62,364 nt of DNA, filler included, from Basidioascus undulatus (GCA_000826855.1; 17 parts of 17 records of this genome joined end to end with filler, not necessarily neighbours in it); one strand, 5' to 3'; shown: positions 10,763 through 23,590, numbered from the whole stretch's first letter. Numbers and translations: made by a program. Notes: a model not told the origin generated them from the sequence alone.

Positions 10763-12283
10763 TCAATCATAAAGCGCGCAAACCCCCTCGAGCTCCTCCA
10801 AATCGATGTCCTCCCCAAAGCTCAAATCCGCCCCGTCCGAGCTGGGCATCTTTTGCGGCGTCGGATGCGAGCGCACGGGCGCGGGTGCGGGCGTGCGCGG
10901 GGACGGCTGGGGCAGCGGAGGTGGTAGGTGTGGGTGCGGGACAGCGGGCGACTTGAACGGCTTCGACAGCGCTGCGGGCTGGGAGGGCCGCCGCGCGCGC
11001 ATGCCGAGCGCGCGGTTCTGCTTCTGGGAGGCGGTGGGGGAGAGGGAGAGGGAGGAGGAAGAGATGGTTGTTGAGAGTGCGGTAGCTACGGATGATAAGG
11101 AGGTGGTTTCAGAGAGGGCTGGGGGTGCGCGAGTGGGTGCGGGTGCGGGGGGAGGTAGGAGGGTGGGTACGGAGGTAAGTGCAGGGGACGGGGCGGGGGT
11201 AGGCTGTTCCTCCATAGCGGGCACAGGGACGTCCTTCTTCTTGCAGAGCATCTCGAGTGCCATCGCCCTAACTCGCCACTTCTCCCTCTCCGCCTCAACG
11301 TGCCGCACCGTGCCTCGCATGGCACCGAGCTCGTCGTCCTTCTCCCGCTCGCGCTCCTCCGCCTCGGCCTGCGCGCGCCGCGCGTCCGCAACCATCTTGT
11401 TAGCCTGCTCGAAGAGTGCCTGGCTGAGGCTCTCGAGCTCGTCCTCGAGCTCGCTCTTCTCCTTCTTAAGCTGCGCGCACAGTCCCTCGCTCGACGCCAG
11501 GCTCGAGCGCAGCTGCGCCAGCTCCGCGTGCAACTTCGGGTCCGGCGCGGGCGAGGGCGCGGGGCTCGCAGGCCGGCTCCCCGACTCTGACAAACTCGTC
11601 ACGCTCGCCTGGGGAGACTTCGCGGCCGCGGCGGAGGTGGTGGTGCCACGCCCGAACCACCCACGGGAAACGGGCTCCGGGGAACGCACGCCAGCGCCCA
11701 GGTCGTTCGAGCTCCGCGCGGCGGGAGAGCTCGTGGAGACTGAGACAGGCCGGCGCACGCCAGGCGTGAACTCCGCGCCCCGACGGAGCGCTTCTTCGAG
11801 CATCTCGGCGTTCGCTTCGGTTAGGGCGAGGTTGGAACGCGCGATCTTGATGTCATGCTCAAGCGTGGATTGGCGGTCCAAGGAGGAGGAAAGCCGCTTG
11901 GACTGCGTGAGGGAGGTGGAAGCGTCAGCAGGCGTTGATGAGAGGGTTTTTTAATGCTTAAGAATGTCCAGATTCATGATGTGTCGGTAGCTCATCATGG
12001 CGGATTGCAAAGCCGAGCGCCGCACGCGAGCTCACCCCAGCATCCGAGCGGCGTCACACGCGAGCCGCACGAAGCCGCAGGCGACTCACCATATTCTCCA
12101 GCTGCGTAACCAGCCCGACCATCGCCAGCCTCATCTCCTCCCTCCCCACAAGCGCATCCTCTCCCTCCGCGCCCACGCCATCGTCCGCCACGAGGCGCTT
12201 GATCTTGGCAAGGTCGAACGTCGGCGAGTTGGCGGTGGGGCGACAAGTACGGACACGGCTCACGCAGGCCTGGCAGCTTGCGC
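10763..12283 (-). CDS. Sec2-domain (Rab GEF-type coiled coil) protein, 3' partial
   Basis: KKEKSELEDELESLSQALFEQANKMVADARR is the Sec2p domain signature. Upstream exon near 12090-12283. Confidence 0.8.
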
Positions 12284-12383
12284 NNNNNNNNNNNNNNNNN
12301 NNNNNNNNNNNNNNNNNNNNNNNNNNNTTAATTAATTAANNNNNNNNNNNNNNNNNNNNNNNNNNNNNNNNNNNNNNNNNNNN

Positions 12384-12491
12384 CGGGAAGGATGCGTGTG
12401 CTGAGGGGACGCGGTGTAAGGCGGCCGGGGGAGGGGGGGGCGTCGACGTGCCCTGCCGGGAGAGAGGCGTGTGCAGTGGCGGGCGGGACAT
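12384..12491 (-). CDS. Start of a hypothetical protein divergent from SDS22
   Basis: ATG at 12491 (MSRPPLHTPLSRQGTSTPPPPP...) running off the contig; too short to assign. Confidence 0.35.
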
Positions 12492-12666
12492 GTGCGTGAG
12501 GGCGTGAGTGAGTGTGAGGGGATGTCGAAAGAAAGACGCGCGGAGGGCGCGTCGGGGAGCAGCTGGGTGGGCGCTCACGTACAACCGCTTACGAGCGCGT
12601 CTGCCCAGTAGCCCACACGAGAACAGTCGCCTTGTCTTGCATTCGATCTCCTCATTGACCATCATC

Positions 12667-14763
12667 ATGATGACCTTCTCGCAGCCGACCGAAAACACCC
12701 CATCGGCACCGGGAACGGAAACCTCAACGGCGACCTCCTCCCCCGTCCTCGTGACCGCATCCGACGCCGCCCCGACCCCCTCCCCGCCCGCGGTCGACCT
12801 CGTCCCCCCCGCACGCACCGCGCGCGTCCAAGTCGTCCGCCAGCCCGAGACGGACGAGTCCGGCGCAGACGAGGATGGCGAGGGCGCGGAGGAGGAGGAC
12901 CCCGCTGCGGGGCTGCTGGACGGGGTTGCAGAAGACGCAGAGGTAGGCCTTGCCTCCCCCTGCGCTCTCTTCCTCTCCCTCTTTTTGTTTCCCCCTCGTA
13001 GTCGTTGCTTACTCTCAAGGATATGCAGGACATTGACCTCATCCACCTCCGCCTAACCAACTCCACCCTGTCCTCCCTCGACCTCCCGCGGTTCGCAAAC
13101 CTCAAGCGCCTCTCGCTCAGGCAGAACACGCTCTCCAAGCTCCCCTTCGAGACGTTCTCCCGCCTTGGCGCGGGGAGGCTCGAAGAGCTGGACTTGTACG
13201 ATAATGGGGTGGGGGATGGGGAGCTGGAGGGTCTGCGGGGGCTGGGGGAGCTTGAGTGCGTTTTCTGGCCTTCCCTCCCTACTTCCGCGTCCTTGCTGCC
13301 TTCCTGTTGCTCTGACACCCCACCCCGCAGGACCCTCGACCTATCCTTCAACAAGATCCGCTCCCTCACGCCCTCCTCGCGCGCACACAAGCACAAGCAC
13401 AAGCACCACCATCACCACGACCATCCTCCCCGTCCTGCTTCCCCCTCCGCTGCTTCCCCTCCTCCTTCCTCCGACGCTGCTGCTCCCACATCTTCCTCCG
13501 ACCCTCTTCCTCCTTCCGACGCCCCTGCGCCCCTAACCTCCGAGCCTCCTGTCCAACTCACCCTGGCACAACAACAACAAGTCGAACGAGAAGACAAGAC
13601 CGCCCCCGTCCCCACCGAGGCGCAGGCGCAGGCGCAGGCCGAGCCCCTCGCCCCCCTCCGCTCGCTCAAGACGCTCTACCTCGTGCAGAACAAGATCACG
13701 CACATCACTGGGCTGTCCCACCTGGGCGGGACGCTGCGGAGCTTGGAGCTGGGGGGGAACCGGATTCGGGTGTGTTCTTCCTTCTTTCTTCCACAACCTG
13801 CCATCTCCCCGCCACCTCTTCTCCTCTTTCCTTCCGCCCTTCAAATTTCGCTTTTCGACCTTCGATTCCCGACCGCGGACGCCGACCTCGTCCGACAACC
13901 GAGAATTTTGGAGCTGGTCTTGGTACTGATTGTATTACCTGGGCGGGGACGATAGAAAATCGAAGGCCTCGAGAACCTCGTCAACTTGGAGGAGCTGTGG
14001 TTGGGGAAGAATAAGATTACGCGGCTCGAAGTACTTCCCCCTCCTCTCTTCACCTCTCTCACCTCCCTCTTCTTCCTTCCTTTCTCCTTTGCTCCTTCCT
14101 ATCTTCCCACCTCCCACCTCCCTCCCCCCTTCGTCCCTCTCTACTCTTTTCTCCTTCCCCCCTTACCTCCCTCCCTTCCTATTTCCCGTCCCTTCCCCCG
14201 TCTCCCATACCCTTCCCCTCCCCCTTCCTCCGCCGACTTCCCGCGCCCGAGTGATGAAGCCGGGCTGAAGCTGACGATAATGTTCGCTCCCACGCACCCA
14301 GGGCCTCGCAACCCTGCGCTCCCTCCGCATCCTCTCCATGCAGTCCAACCGCGTCACAAAGCTCGAGAACCTCTCGTCGCTCAAGAATCTCCGGGAGCTA
14401 TACCTTAGCCATAATGGTCTTGAGCGCTTAGAGGGGCTGGAGGGGGTGGTGCGTGCTTCCCGTTCCCCGGTTCCCTACTGCCCTGCTTTCCTTCCTCCAT
14501 TCCCCTTCCTTCCGAGTTTCCGAGCTTCGAGCTTCCTTCGTTCCTTCCTTTCTTCCTTCCTGCCTTCCTGAAAGGGTGTTCGTGAGGGGAGAAGCTTATG
14601 AGCTACGGGGTGGGGAAACAGACGGAGCTTACAACGCTCGACGTGGGGAGCAACAAGATCGCCAAGATCGAGGGGATAGCGCACTTGAAGAAGTTACAGG
14701 AGTTCTGGGTCTGTCTCCGCCTTCCTGCCTCCCTACCCTCTTCCCCTCCCACCATCCGCATCC
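12667..14763 (+). CDS. SDS22: PP1 regulatory subunit Sds22 (leucine-rich repeat), 3' end missing
   Basis: DIDLIHLRL, LKRLSLRQN, LEELDLYDN, LDLSFNKIR, LYLVQNKI, LELGGNRIR, LEELWLGKNKI, LSMQSNRV and LYLSHNGL are Sds22-type LRRs in the expected order. Confidence 0.92.
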
Positions 14764-14863
14764 NNNNNNNNNNNNNNNNNNNNNNNNNNNNNNNNNNNNN
14801 NNNNNNNTTAATTAATTAANNNNNNNNNNNNNNNNNNNNNNNNNNNNNNNNNNNNNNNNNNNN

Positions 14864-15244
14864 TGGTCTGATCGAAAGAAGACCGGAGTGTAAATTAACT
14901 AAGTCGTTCAAGAGCTTCGGGGCAAGGTAAAGGGATGGAAAGGGAGGACGTCAGGATGAAATGGGATGTGGAACAGCAGTGGGAGAGAGCGACGCACCCT
15001 GCTTGAGCACCTTGGACGCAATCTCCGGGTTCACCTCCTTCTCCACCGCAGCCTCCTCCGCCTGCCAATCCCATCCACCACCATGCCCATGCCCATTCCA
15101 GAGTCAGTCGCTGGCCCGTAATCCCAATAGCGGTAGTGGTGGTCGGACCTTGGGCGCGGCGGGGGCAGCAGCGTCCGCCATCTGGACATCGGCGGCGGGC
15201 GCGGCGGCGGCGTCCTCGACCTTGATCTGCTGCTCAGACGGCAT
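14864..15244 (-). CDS. LHP1: Probable La protein (Lhp1), 5' partial
   Basis: MPSEQQIKVED...AEEAAVEKEVNPEIASKVLKQ then an intron. This fits the start of a La motif (K+LKQVEFYF), but EFYF lies beyond the contig. Confidence 0.5.
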
Positions 15245-15594
15245 CGTCGGTATGTGTGGGAGGCAGAACGGTGTTTTGGGGAGAAAAGAACGGAGGATGA
15301 AACGGAGGTTGTGGGCGTGGCGAGTCAAGCGGTGTGCAAGTGCCGGAATATCAGTCGAGTCGGAAATTCTCAGGTGCAGGCGGGCCTGCTACTATGCTTC
15401 ACTGGTAAATTCCAGCTACAAAAATACCAGTGTGCAGCGACTTTCCACCCCGCCTTCAAAAGTCGTTCGCGTGCATCTGACTGTGACCGCCGGGAAGCGG
15501 ATGCGACTGCAGGATTGCCATCAGATGATCTTGGACACCTACCATTACCAACCCCGCGCTCTTTCGCTTTACATACCCTGCGCTGGAACTGACC

Positions 15595-17240
15595 ATGGCT
15601 CACTCAAATCATGGAGGTTCGCTCACGGACTCGGAGAGCAGAGTCCTCGTCCTCTACACTGGCGGGGTCCGTCTTCGACTTCGATCGCTCGCGAACGCAC
15701 ACTCGAACCTCAGAGACTGACAATGATGTCGCTTTCGCTGTTCAAAAGACAATCGGGATGATTGCCCACCCCTCGTCAGGATACCTTCCCGAGCCTCGAC
15801 TCCTCACCGTTCGTTTCCTTTTCCTCCTCGTCCTGTCCACATCAAGTCCACATTCTCAGACGAAACTGCCGCACATGGCACATCCCACCCACAGGAGACC
15901 CTCCGCGCCCAATCGCGCTTCCACGACCCAACAGGCAGCACCCTCTTCTCGAACCTGTCCTCGATTGAGGCCTTCCGCTCTTGGTCCACGTCCGGGCGCT
16001 CGACGCCGACCTCCAAGCCCTCCCCGACGGCCGCCACGCACGACGACAACGCCGGCCCGACCCTGCGTGTGCGGAGCTCAACGCCCGTCAAGGGCGGGGA
16101 GAAGCCGGAGGAGGAGGACGCGTGGGTCGTCGACCTGCCGTGCCTCGTCACGCCCAAGAGCTACACCAAGGGCGGCGCGGGAGGCGCGAGGAGCGTCAGA
16201 TACGTCGTGCTCGAGTATGAACCGCTGTTGGACTCGAGCGAGATGGGGCCGAGCGGTCTGTAGTTCCTCCTGCATGCGTAACATTTCTCTTGCGCTGACT
16301 TTTTTTTGGTCGACGGACCCTGGCATACGCAGACTGGCTCCGCATAGCCCGTGACATCGAGCTCAACTACACGCACTTCGACTCGTTCGTCGTCCTCCAC
16401 GGCACAGACACCATGTCTTACACTGCCTCCGCGCTCTCTTTCCTCCTCGAAGATCTCGGCAAGACGGTCGTATGTCCACTTCTCCCTTCCTCTCTATTCT
16501 TCTCTCCCCTCTCCCCTCTTCCTCCCTCCAACCCCTGTTCTCCAACCCTTCTTCCTTCTTCCTTCATTTTCTTCCTTTCGACATACCCTTCATCCACCCG
16601 ACCCAGTGACTGACCATCCCCTCCCTAGATCGTGACCGGCGCCCAAATCCCGCTCTCCCAGCTGCGCAACGACGCCGTCGACAACCTGCTCGGCGCGCTC
16701 GTCCTCGCCGGTTCATACGTGATCCCGGAAGTCTCGCTCTACTTCGACCACCTCCTCCTGCGCGGGAACCGCGCGAGCAAGGTCAGCACGGCCAGCTTTG
16801 ACGCGTTCCAGAGCTTGGACTGCGAGCCGCTTGTTAAAGGTGCGGAAAGGCTCTCCACGGCCGGAGATGTGAAGGTGTGAAAGTGCTACTGAGTTGAGGG
16901 TGGATTAGTTGGAATCAATATCGAGGTGAACTGGCCACTCGTTCTGAGGCCCGAGACGCTCCGTCCGTTCCGAGCTCACAAATGTGCGTTCTCCCATCTC
17001 CCCCACTTTCCCACCTCGCTCTCTCCTCTTTCCCCACTAACTCAACAAATTCTGATCCCCACACTCAAGCTCTCTGCCCAAACGTCGCGACCCTCCGCCT
17101 CTTCCCGGGCATCACGCCCGCCTCCGTCCGTGCGATCCTCGCGGCGCCCCTCCAAGGGCTCGTGCTCGAGTCTTTCGGAGCCGGTAAGCCGTTTCTTCCC
17201 TCCCCTTCCCCGCTGCTTTCTCTTCATCTGAGCAACCCCC
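15595..17240 (+). CDS. Type I L-asparaginase / lysophospholipase-type protein, 5' partial
   Basis: Spliced RVLVLYTGG|TIGM, PLLDSSEM, FVVLHGTDTMSYTASALSF, TGAQIPL, RGNRASKV and GLVLESFGAG are the catalytic motifs of type I asparaginase. Confidence 0.93.
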
Positions 17241-17340
17241 NNNNNNNNNNNNNNNNNNNNNNNNNNNNNNNNNNNNNNNNNNNNTTAATTAATTAANNNN
17301 NNNNNNNNNNNNNNNNNNNNNNNNNNNNNNNNNNNNNNNN

Positions 17341-17589
17341 AAATCCTCCCTTCGCCCGTTCGTGCTCTCCCCCGCCCCACCCAAGCGCAAGCCCGCCCCG
17401 CCCCGCCCCGTCTCGCCGCCCGAGGAGGAGCAGGTCGGCTTCGCGATCATGCCTCCCGACTCGCGCTTCAGCTGGACGACCGCCGGCGGGGCCGCCCCGT
17501 CTGCGCCACGAGCGGAGGACAGGCCGATGCCTAAGTCGGATAGGGTCAAGAAGTACCTGTCCTCGAATCCGTTTCTTAAATGGATATGA
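17341..17589 (+). CDS. C-terminal fragment of a hypothetical protein
   Basis: Coding-like GC-rich frame ending ...DRVKKYLSSNPFLKWI-stop, followed by a 3'UTR-like T-rich tract. Confidence 0.5.
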   Translation, partial: KSSLRPFVLSPAPPKRKPAPPRPVSPPEEEQVGFAIMPPDSRFSWTTAGGAAPSAPRAEDRPMPKSDRVKKYLSSNPFLKWI

Positions 17590-19485
17590 TTATTGGTGGA
17601 AGGGGTTTGGGACTCGACATGGACGTTCTTCGATCTTCATTCATTCGCATTGCGCTGCTCGCTAGCGACCTTCACTCCTTTTGTATTACATATTCGGACT
17701 GGTGCCTTCACTCGTTAAACTTTTATTAATTTGATTTCTGCACTTTGCGCTTCATACAGAGCTTGCAGAAGCTGGCTTCCTGTCAAGAGTTCAGGTCATC
17801 CTGCAAGTATGATCAAGGCTTTAGGTCTCTGGCAATGCAGCAGAGGGAGTAAGTTCGTGCCAAGAATGTCTCACGACTGGCTGAGCTCGTGCCGAGATCG
17901 ATGTATCAAGATCAAGAATGATCAACGGTCAGCTTCGGGCTGGGCCTGGATGACACACAATGTTGGGCCGCCGACGCAATTGTGTACTTCCTACACTTCT
18001 CCCATTAATATTTCCCGGCTGCCCTCGCCCTGTTTGGGCTATGAAATCAGACATGAGCTTCTTTGTAATATTCCACAGACCTGCATTTTCCGAGGTTATC
18101 CTTCGAGCTTCAGCTTCCTACAGGATGCCAGTGCTTAGCGACGTTGGACACAAAAGGATGTCCCGGCACGTGCGTCGGAAACATGAATGGCAAGAGCCAA
18201 CCTGAAAGAGTGCCTGCCCCAGCCGAATTCAAAGCCAAAGGGGAGTTATCAAACTGTGCCGACCATGAAACGCTAGTCCGCAGTACTCACCATGCGGCGG
18301 CAGTCTTGGTGGAATGCGCTTTGCGCTCGCTGCCGGCTCCAGTACAGCCCGCGGCTTGCGCTGCCTTGGAAGGCCAAATGAGGCTCCCGAGTGTAGTAGC
18401 GATGCGGCGGTAGAGAGATGTAGACGCGCCCGGCGTCGCTGAGTTTTCGGTTTCGAACGGTGGCGGAGGTGTTGCCGCAACGTGGTATGCCGGCGGCGGT
18501 GAGGCAGCCCTCTGAGGACGGTCCGCTTCCTAGAGCAATCAACCCTTCCGACTATGTCCGTGACATGGAGCCCGTGAAAGTCAGACGCGGAGGGTAAATA
18601 ACTGATGTCGAATAATCTTGCTCGTATTGCATTCTCCTGCTCAGCGAGATGCCACAGACGAACCTAAGTCCTGTTTGCAGGAGGACTACGCAGCTGCTCA
18701 CGGACCATCAGCGCATCTAACCCGGAGGGATTCAAGCAGCGTTCCGGAAAACATATATGTCTTTCAGTGACGTGTGGTACAACGTAGGATGTTCTCGAAC
18801 GTCGAACATCGCAACTCGGTGTACTGAAGAGTCATAAATACCCAGTGGGTGCCTCTGCTACGTTGATGGAAGAGCCACAGCTGGTCCAATTTCTGAAAAA
18901 AGGGTGGTCAAATAAATTTGAAGCACCGTACTGCGTTCTAACAGCGAAGCATGAAATGGAACAATGTCAGCTCGTCCATCTAGTTAGCGGGTGCGAGTCG
19001 GAGCGAAACTTTGGACCGTCTAATACACTACCATTGATGTTTAGCTGAGTTCGGGTCTCTACACAAAGAATGGGAAGCGAGGTGCCAGAAAGTCATGGAG
19101 CAAAAAATGGTTGGGCTGCAACAGTCGACACCCGAGCTTCACCTTGTGCCACGCAGCGTTGAATCCTTTTCTCGCTTACTTCGACACGCGGAATACAGAG
19201 AGCCCAGGATCAGGATCGTGACCTGTCAAGCACTGGACTTATTTTTGGCGAACATGATATTAGACGAGTGGCGGTTGGGTAAAAGCAAGAGCTCTCACGC
19301 ATCCTGATAGCCAAACGTGTGGGAGCAAAAGATCTATATTCCGTTGAACGTCGGCCAGCCAGTTGCGAGCCGGCGCCCAAAGGCAATCATCGTGCGTAAC
19401 GATAACTTTATACTCATGCGACAACGTAGAATCGACAGTCTAAGCCCATGCGCGAGCGTCTCCCTTCTCCCCGCCCTCGCCCGGA

Positions 19486-19675
19486 TCAAGTGATCGCCTC
19501 CGACGGGTCCTCCGATATGGACGACGCCGGCGTCGGCGGGCCGCCGTGCCCCTGCGCGGCCTTCGCCGCGCGCTTGACGTGGACCTGCTGGTGCCGGCCC
19601 ACTTGGTCGGGGCGCGAGAAGCGCTTGCCGCATCCCGGGTGCGGGCACTCGAACGGCCGGTCACCGGTGTGCGTG
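19486..19675 (-). CDS. C2H2 zinc-finger transcription factor, last exon (Nrg1/Mig1-like finger)
   Basis: After a CAG acceptor: THTGDRPFECPHPGCGKRFSRPDQVGRHQQVH...EAIT-stop. Confidence 0.85.
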
Positions 19676-19813
19676 CTGCGTCCGCGATGAGCGCGATATC
19701 GGGGAGACAGGTCNNNNNNNNNNNNNNNNNNNNNNNNNNNNNNNNNNNNNNNNNNNNTTAATTAATTAANNNNNNNNNNNNNNNNNNNNNNNNNNNNNNN
19801 NNNNNNNNNNNNN

Positions 19814-20079
19814 GGCGATTTCGCCATCCTTCCAAAGCCATGCGGCACCCCCCCTTCCATCCGCAACCGCTCCAACACCCTCTCCAGCGCCTCCCCCCCG
19901 CCTACCGCGAGCGCACAAGCCAGTGCGAACCCCCCGAGCGCGCGGAGCGCGATGCGCGACGCCCCCCGTCGCCGGCGCAGGAGCAGGCGCAGGAGAGCGG
20001 GGGAGACGTCGAGCGTGTAGCCGAGGACGAAGGCGCGCAGGGCGGGGGCCCAGTGCGCGAGGGAGCCAGAGGGGAGCAT
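19814..20079 (-). CDS. Integral membrane protein (possibly TMEM135-like), 5' partial
   Basis: MLPSGSLAHWAPALRAFVLGYTLDVSPALL resembles the fungal PxLRAYxLGY start. Confidence 0.45.
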
Positions 20080-20323
20080 GGCGGTGGGGAGAGGAAGAGA
20101 ACACGAGAGCGGCCAGAGAATGCAAATGAAAGTCAACGCGTACCGGCGCGGGGTTGCCGGTTCAGGCACGCAGAAGCACGTGAAATATCAAATGGACTGG
20201 GAGAGAAGACGATCGGAGAAGACGCTCTGTATGCAAGATGTGCATTGTCGATGTGCATAGAAAAGTCTAGGAAATATAGCGAATAAATACCCCAGAAAAT
20301 ATGCGAATCGTGATCTCCACTCC

Positions 20324-21401
20324 TCAATCTTTCACCGCCGTCCCCTCCTTCATCCTCCCCAGCTCCTCCTCCTCTCCATTCAACCACCTCATCACCTTCT
20401 CCCCGACGCCCCCCAAGCTCTCCACCACAGCCGGGTCATGCACCAACCATACGCCCACGTTGCTCTCCATCGCTATGCGCGCGAGCTTCGCCTATCGTAC
20501 GCGCGCTCGAGGTCGCCGTAGAACGATTGAGCCGCGCGGCGTCCGCCTTGCTCGGGAAGAGCGCAATGGGCGGCGGGGAGGTAGGGTGCAGGAGAAGCGG
20601 CGTGTGGGAGGCGTCGGAGGAGGTGGTATGTTGGTTGTGGGGTAGTGGACGTCCGACAGAGCAGCGCGACATGCCCGGTTTGGTGCTGTGTGAAAAGTCA
20701 GAGAGGGAGCCAGGGAGGAAGAAGACAGAGAAAGCATACGCACCCCCGGCGAATCGAGCACCCACACGCTCCCGTCCCTCCACAAATCCACGCCCCTAAA
20801 GCACCCGACGCTCTCCCACCTCTCCTCTTCGCCCAGCACCCTCACGCTCCGCCGCGTAACCTCTTCCACCGCCACATCCAGCTCCCCCGCGCGCTCTTTC
20901 CCCGCTTCGAGCCCGGCCCAAGCACCAGCTCCGTCCCTCTTGGGAACGTGGCGACATCCCCGATATGGTCGAAATGCGTGTGGGAGAGCACGAGCGTGCC
21001 GATCGACTCCGCGGGGATGCCGTGCGCCGCGAGCGTGCGCGCTACGCCTGACTTCGAACGCAGTGGAACTTTCGACTCGACTGGATATACGCCTCCTTCG
21101 CGTGTGCGCCCTCCTTGGCAAAATGCTCCCACAGCCCGAGGTCGAACACCGCGCGCCGCTGGCCGTCCGAGTGCTCGATCACCCACGCCCAGTCTGGGAG
21201 GTCCCACTCCTCTTCGGGGACTGCGCGGGTGTCGACGAACAGCGAGGACGGCATGCGGAGCGAGCCGGCGTGGATGACGCCTAGGCGGACGGTGGCGGAC
21301 GGGGAGGGGGAAGGGGGGAGGGGCGTGAAAGGCTGGGAGGAGGCGCAGGGGCGGCGCAGAGTGCGTATGTGCGCGTTGTGTGACTCTGGGGAGGAAGACA
21401 T
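20324..21401 (-). pseudogene. Metallo-beta-lactamase-fold hydrolase (AHL-lactonase-like), frameshifted
   Basis: VFDLG, SHTHFDHIGD (HxHxDH), DSPG|HQTGH, SDASH and LVHD fall in different frames. Shifts near 21085, 20890 and ~20620-20500 have no intron to explain them. Confidence 0.75.
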
Positions 21402-22230
21402 GCTGCGGTGGGGGGGATGGTGGTGAGACGGAAAATGGGATGAATGGAGAACGCCAGAGGAGACATGATAAAGGTGGACGACGGAGAATGCGTCGTCTGC
21501 GATGGAGAACGTCGTCGACGTCGATCACAGCAGTTGATCAGAGTAGTCGATCAGAGGCAGTAGGTGGAGGTTTGCAGTGCCGCGTGCCAGCGTTGTATTT
21601 TCACTTTCTCGACTCGCAAGCACTTGGATAGCAGAGAATCCGCTAATAGTTTGAAGGCCTCTGAACCCGTCGCTCTGCCCTGTTCTTCAATATCTGCGGA
21701 GCACGTACAACTCTGTTGATGTTCCAACACCGGTACGGGGCGGAGATTTGTATGGACATCAATGCATGTTGGTAGCCTGATCTAAGAGAAAGAATACCAA
21801 GGTACACTCAATTAAGTAGAGAATGAGATGTACATCTCGCAGGAGGCTTTGGCTTTATTGCCAAGTCGGCGGCTCTTGCGAGATGCGATGTGCATCGATG
21901 TTTCTATATCGGGAAATATGGACTATATTTGGGAGCATCAGGTGCCAGTAAGGATATTTCAGGTGTCGCCGGCGTTACATGAGGTGGGATAGCTACCTAG
22001 TGCGTGCCTTTCGCAGCGTCAAAGGCGGTTTTTGCGAATTCCCTCAACGGCTGCGCAACTATTACACAAGAGCCAAAGTGTCTTGATATGAAAAGTACCT
22101 ACAGGTAAAGTCTGAATGGCAGAGGCTGCGGCAAGCTCGGTGAGCTCGAGCAACACGATCGCGTGGAGCTATCAACGCGTCGGGTTCTTGCGATTGAGTG
22201 CTAACCCCCGCTCGCTTTCGCACCAACATC

Positions 22231-23503
22231 ATGTCTTTCCACTCACCTTCTCCCTCACACGCGCGGCCACTTTTCACGCCTCTCACACTAACCTTCCCGC
22301 TCCTCTCGCTCCTCGGATTCAGGCTCCTCCACACCCTCGCGTCCTCCAACGGGCTCTTCGACGTCCTCTCTCGAGCTGCCGCATCAGGCGTCCTTCCGGA
22401 CGGCATCCCTCTGAGACAGGCATACACGGGAATTGAGCCTATCGATCAGCTTCTGCGCATTTTAGTCGCTTTCTTTACGCCGCTCGCTGGCGGGATGGAC
22501 GAGGGCTACGGGTGCTTCGGGGGCGCCTTCGCGGGACAGCTCGGCGTGCTTGCGGGGATCATGATGCTCGAGGGCGAGCGCGCTGGGGTGAAGAACATCG
22601 TGGGATAGTACGTCGCTGGGTCTCCTTCCTGCTCTTCTTGAGTAGCGTGCTGATCCGCCCGACAGTCCCGCGCTATTCGGCATCGCATATCAACTTATCG
22701 GCCTAGGCGTGATCTTCCCCCTCTGGAGCTTCCTCCATCTCACGACGTCCCCCTCAAAGCACCTTACGCTCGCATCCACCCGGACGCTCATCCCCGCCCT
22801 CGCACTTGGATACTACCTCCCGACGTACCTCATCTCGCGCGCGTCCGACACGCTCGAAGCGCGCCAAGGCTTTCTCGCGCTCTGGCAGCCCTTCCCGCTC
22901 TACCTCTCCCTCGCGCACTTCTTTCTCACCGCTCTATTCAAACACCACTTTGGCGCGCCCGACGCATCGATGCCCGCGCCGGCATCGTCCGTGCATTGGG
23001 TGCTCCTTCCTTCGGCCCTCCTGGCTTTCTACACCCACGCCCGGGCCTTCTACCCCTCCCTCGCCACCCGCAACCCCAGCACAACCTTCCCACGCATCTT
23101 CGTCCCCGACCGCGCGGTCGCAGCCGCGGGCGACTACCGCGCCGCAGCGCACTTGTTCCTCCAGTACGACTACCTTGTCTCGCTTGGTGCGGCGCTTCTC
23201 TGGGCGTGGCAGACGCTCGCAGCGCTCCCGCGCGAGACGCGCGGCGGGCGCAGCATGGCTTTCGTCGCTGGTGGACTGGTCTCGCTCTCTGTTGTGTTTG
23301 GCCCAGGCGCGGCACTTTTCTGGGCGTATACTACACGCGAGGAGGCGGTCAACCCGCCGAAGACCGGGGGGCGCACGAAGAGGAGGAGGGTCGCGAGGAG
23401 GAGGACTTCAGGATTCGAGGTGTGCATGGGGTCTATGGCTCGGTTTCACAATAGCAAGACGAATATTGCGGTGCTTGTGGGTTGCAGGATCAGAAGTTAT
23501 TAA
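22231..23503 (+). CDS. Multi-TM protein of the CtvD/AurD-like fungal membrane hydrolase family
   Basis: YTGIEPIDQLLRILVAFF, EGERAG, YQLIGLGVIFPLW, LALWQPFP and HLFLQYD motifs; one intron near 22608-22665. Confidence 0.6.
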
Positions 23504-23523
23504 TTGCACATCCAGAGCAACAA

Positions 23524-23590
23524 GCCTCGCTATCGGTAGAGCGTGAGACTCTTAATCTCAAGGCTGCGGGTTCGGCCCCCGCATGGGGCT
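23524..23590 (+). pseudogene. tRNA-Lys(CTT) pseudogene lacking the 5' D-stem strand
   Basis: GCCTCGC-TA-[GCTCAA missing]-TCGGTAGAGCG-TGAGA-CTCTTAA-TCTCA-AGGCT-GCGGG-TTCGGCC-CCCGC-ATGGGGC-T, then TTTT. Also A58 replaced by G and a C7-A66 mismatch. Confidence 0.85.

Noticed and set aside
17700..19330. Lower-GC stretch with short ORFs
   Set aside because: No recognisable motif or consistent frame; it may be a decayed gene but I cannot support a call.
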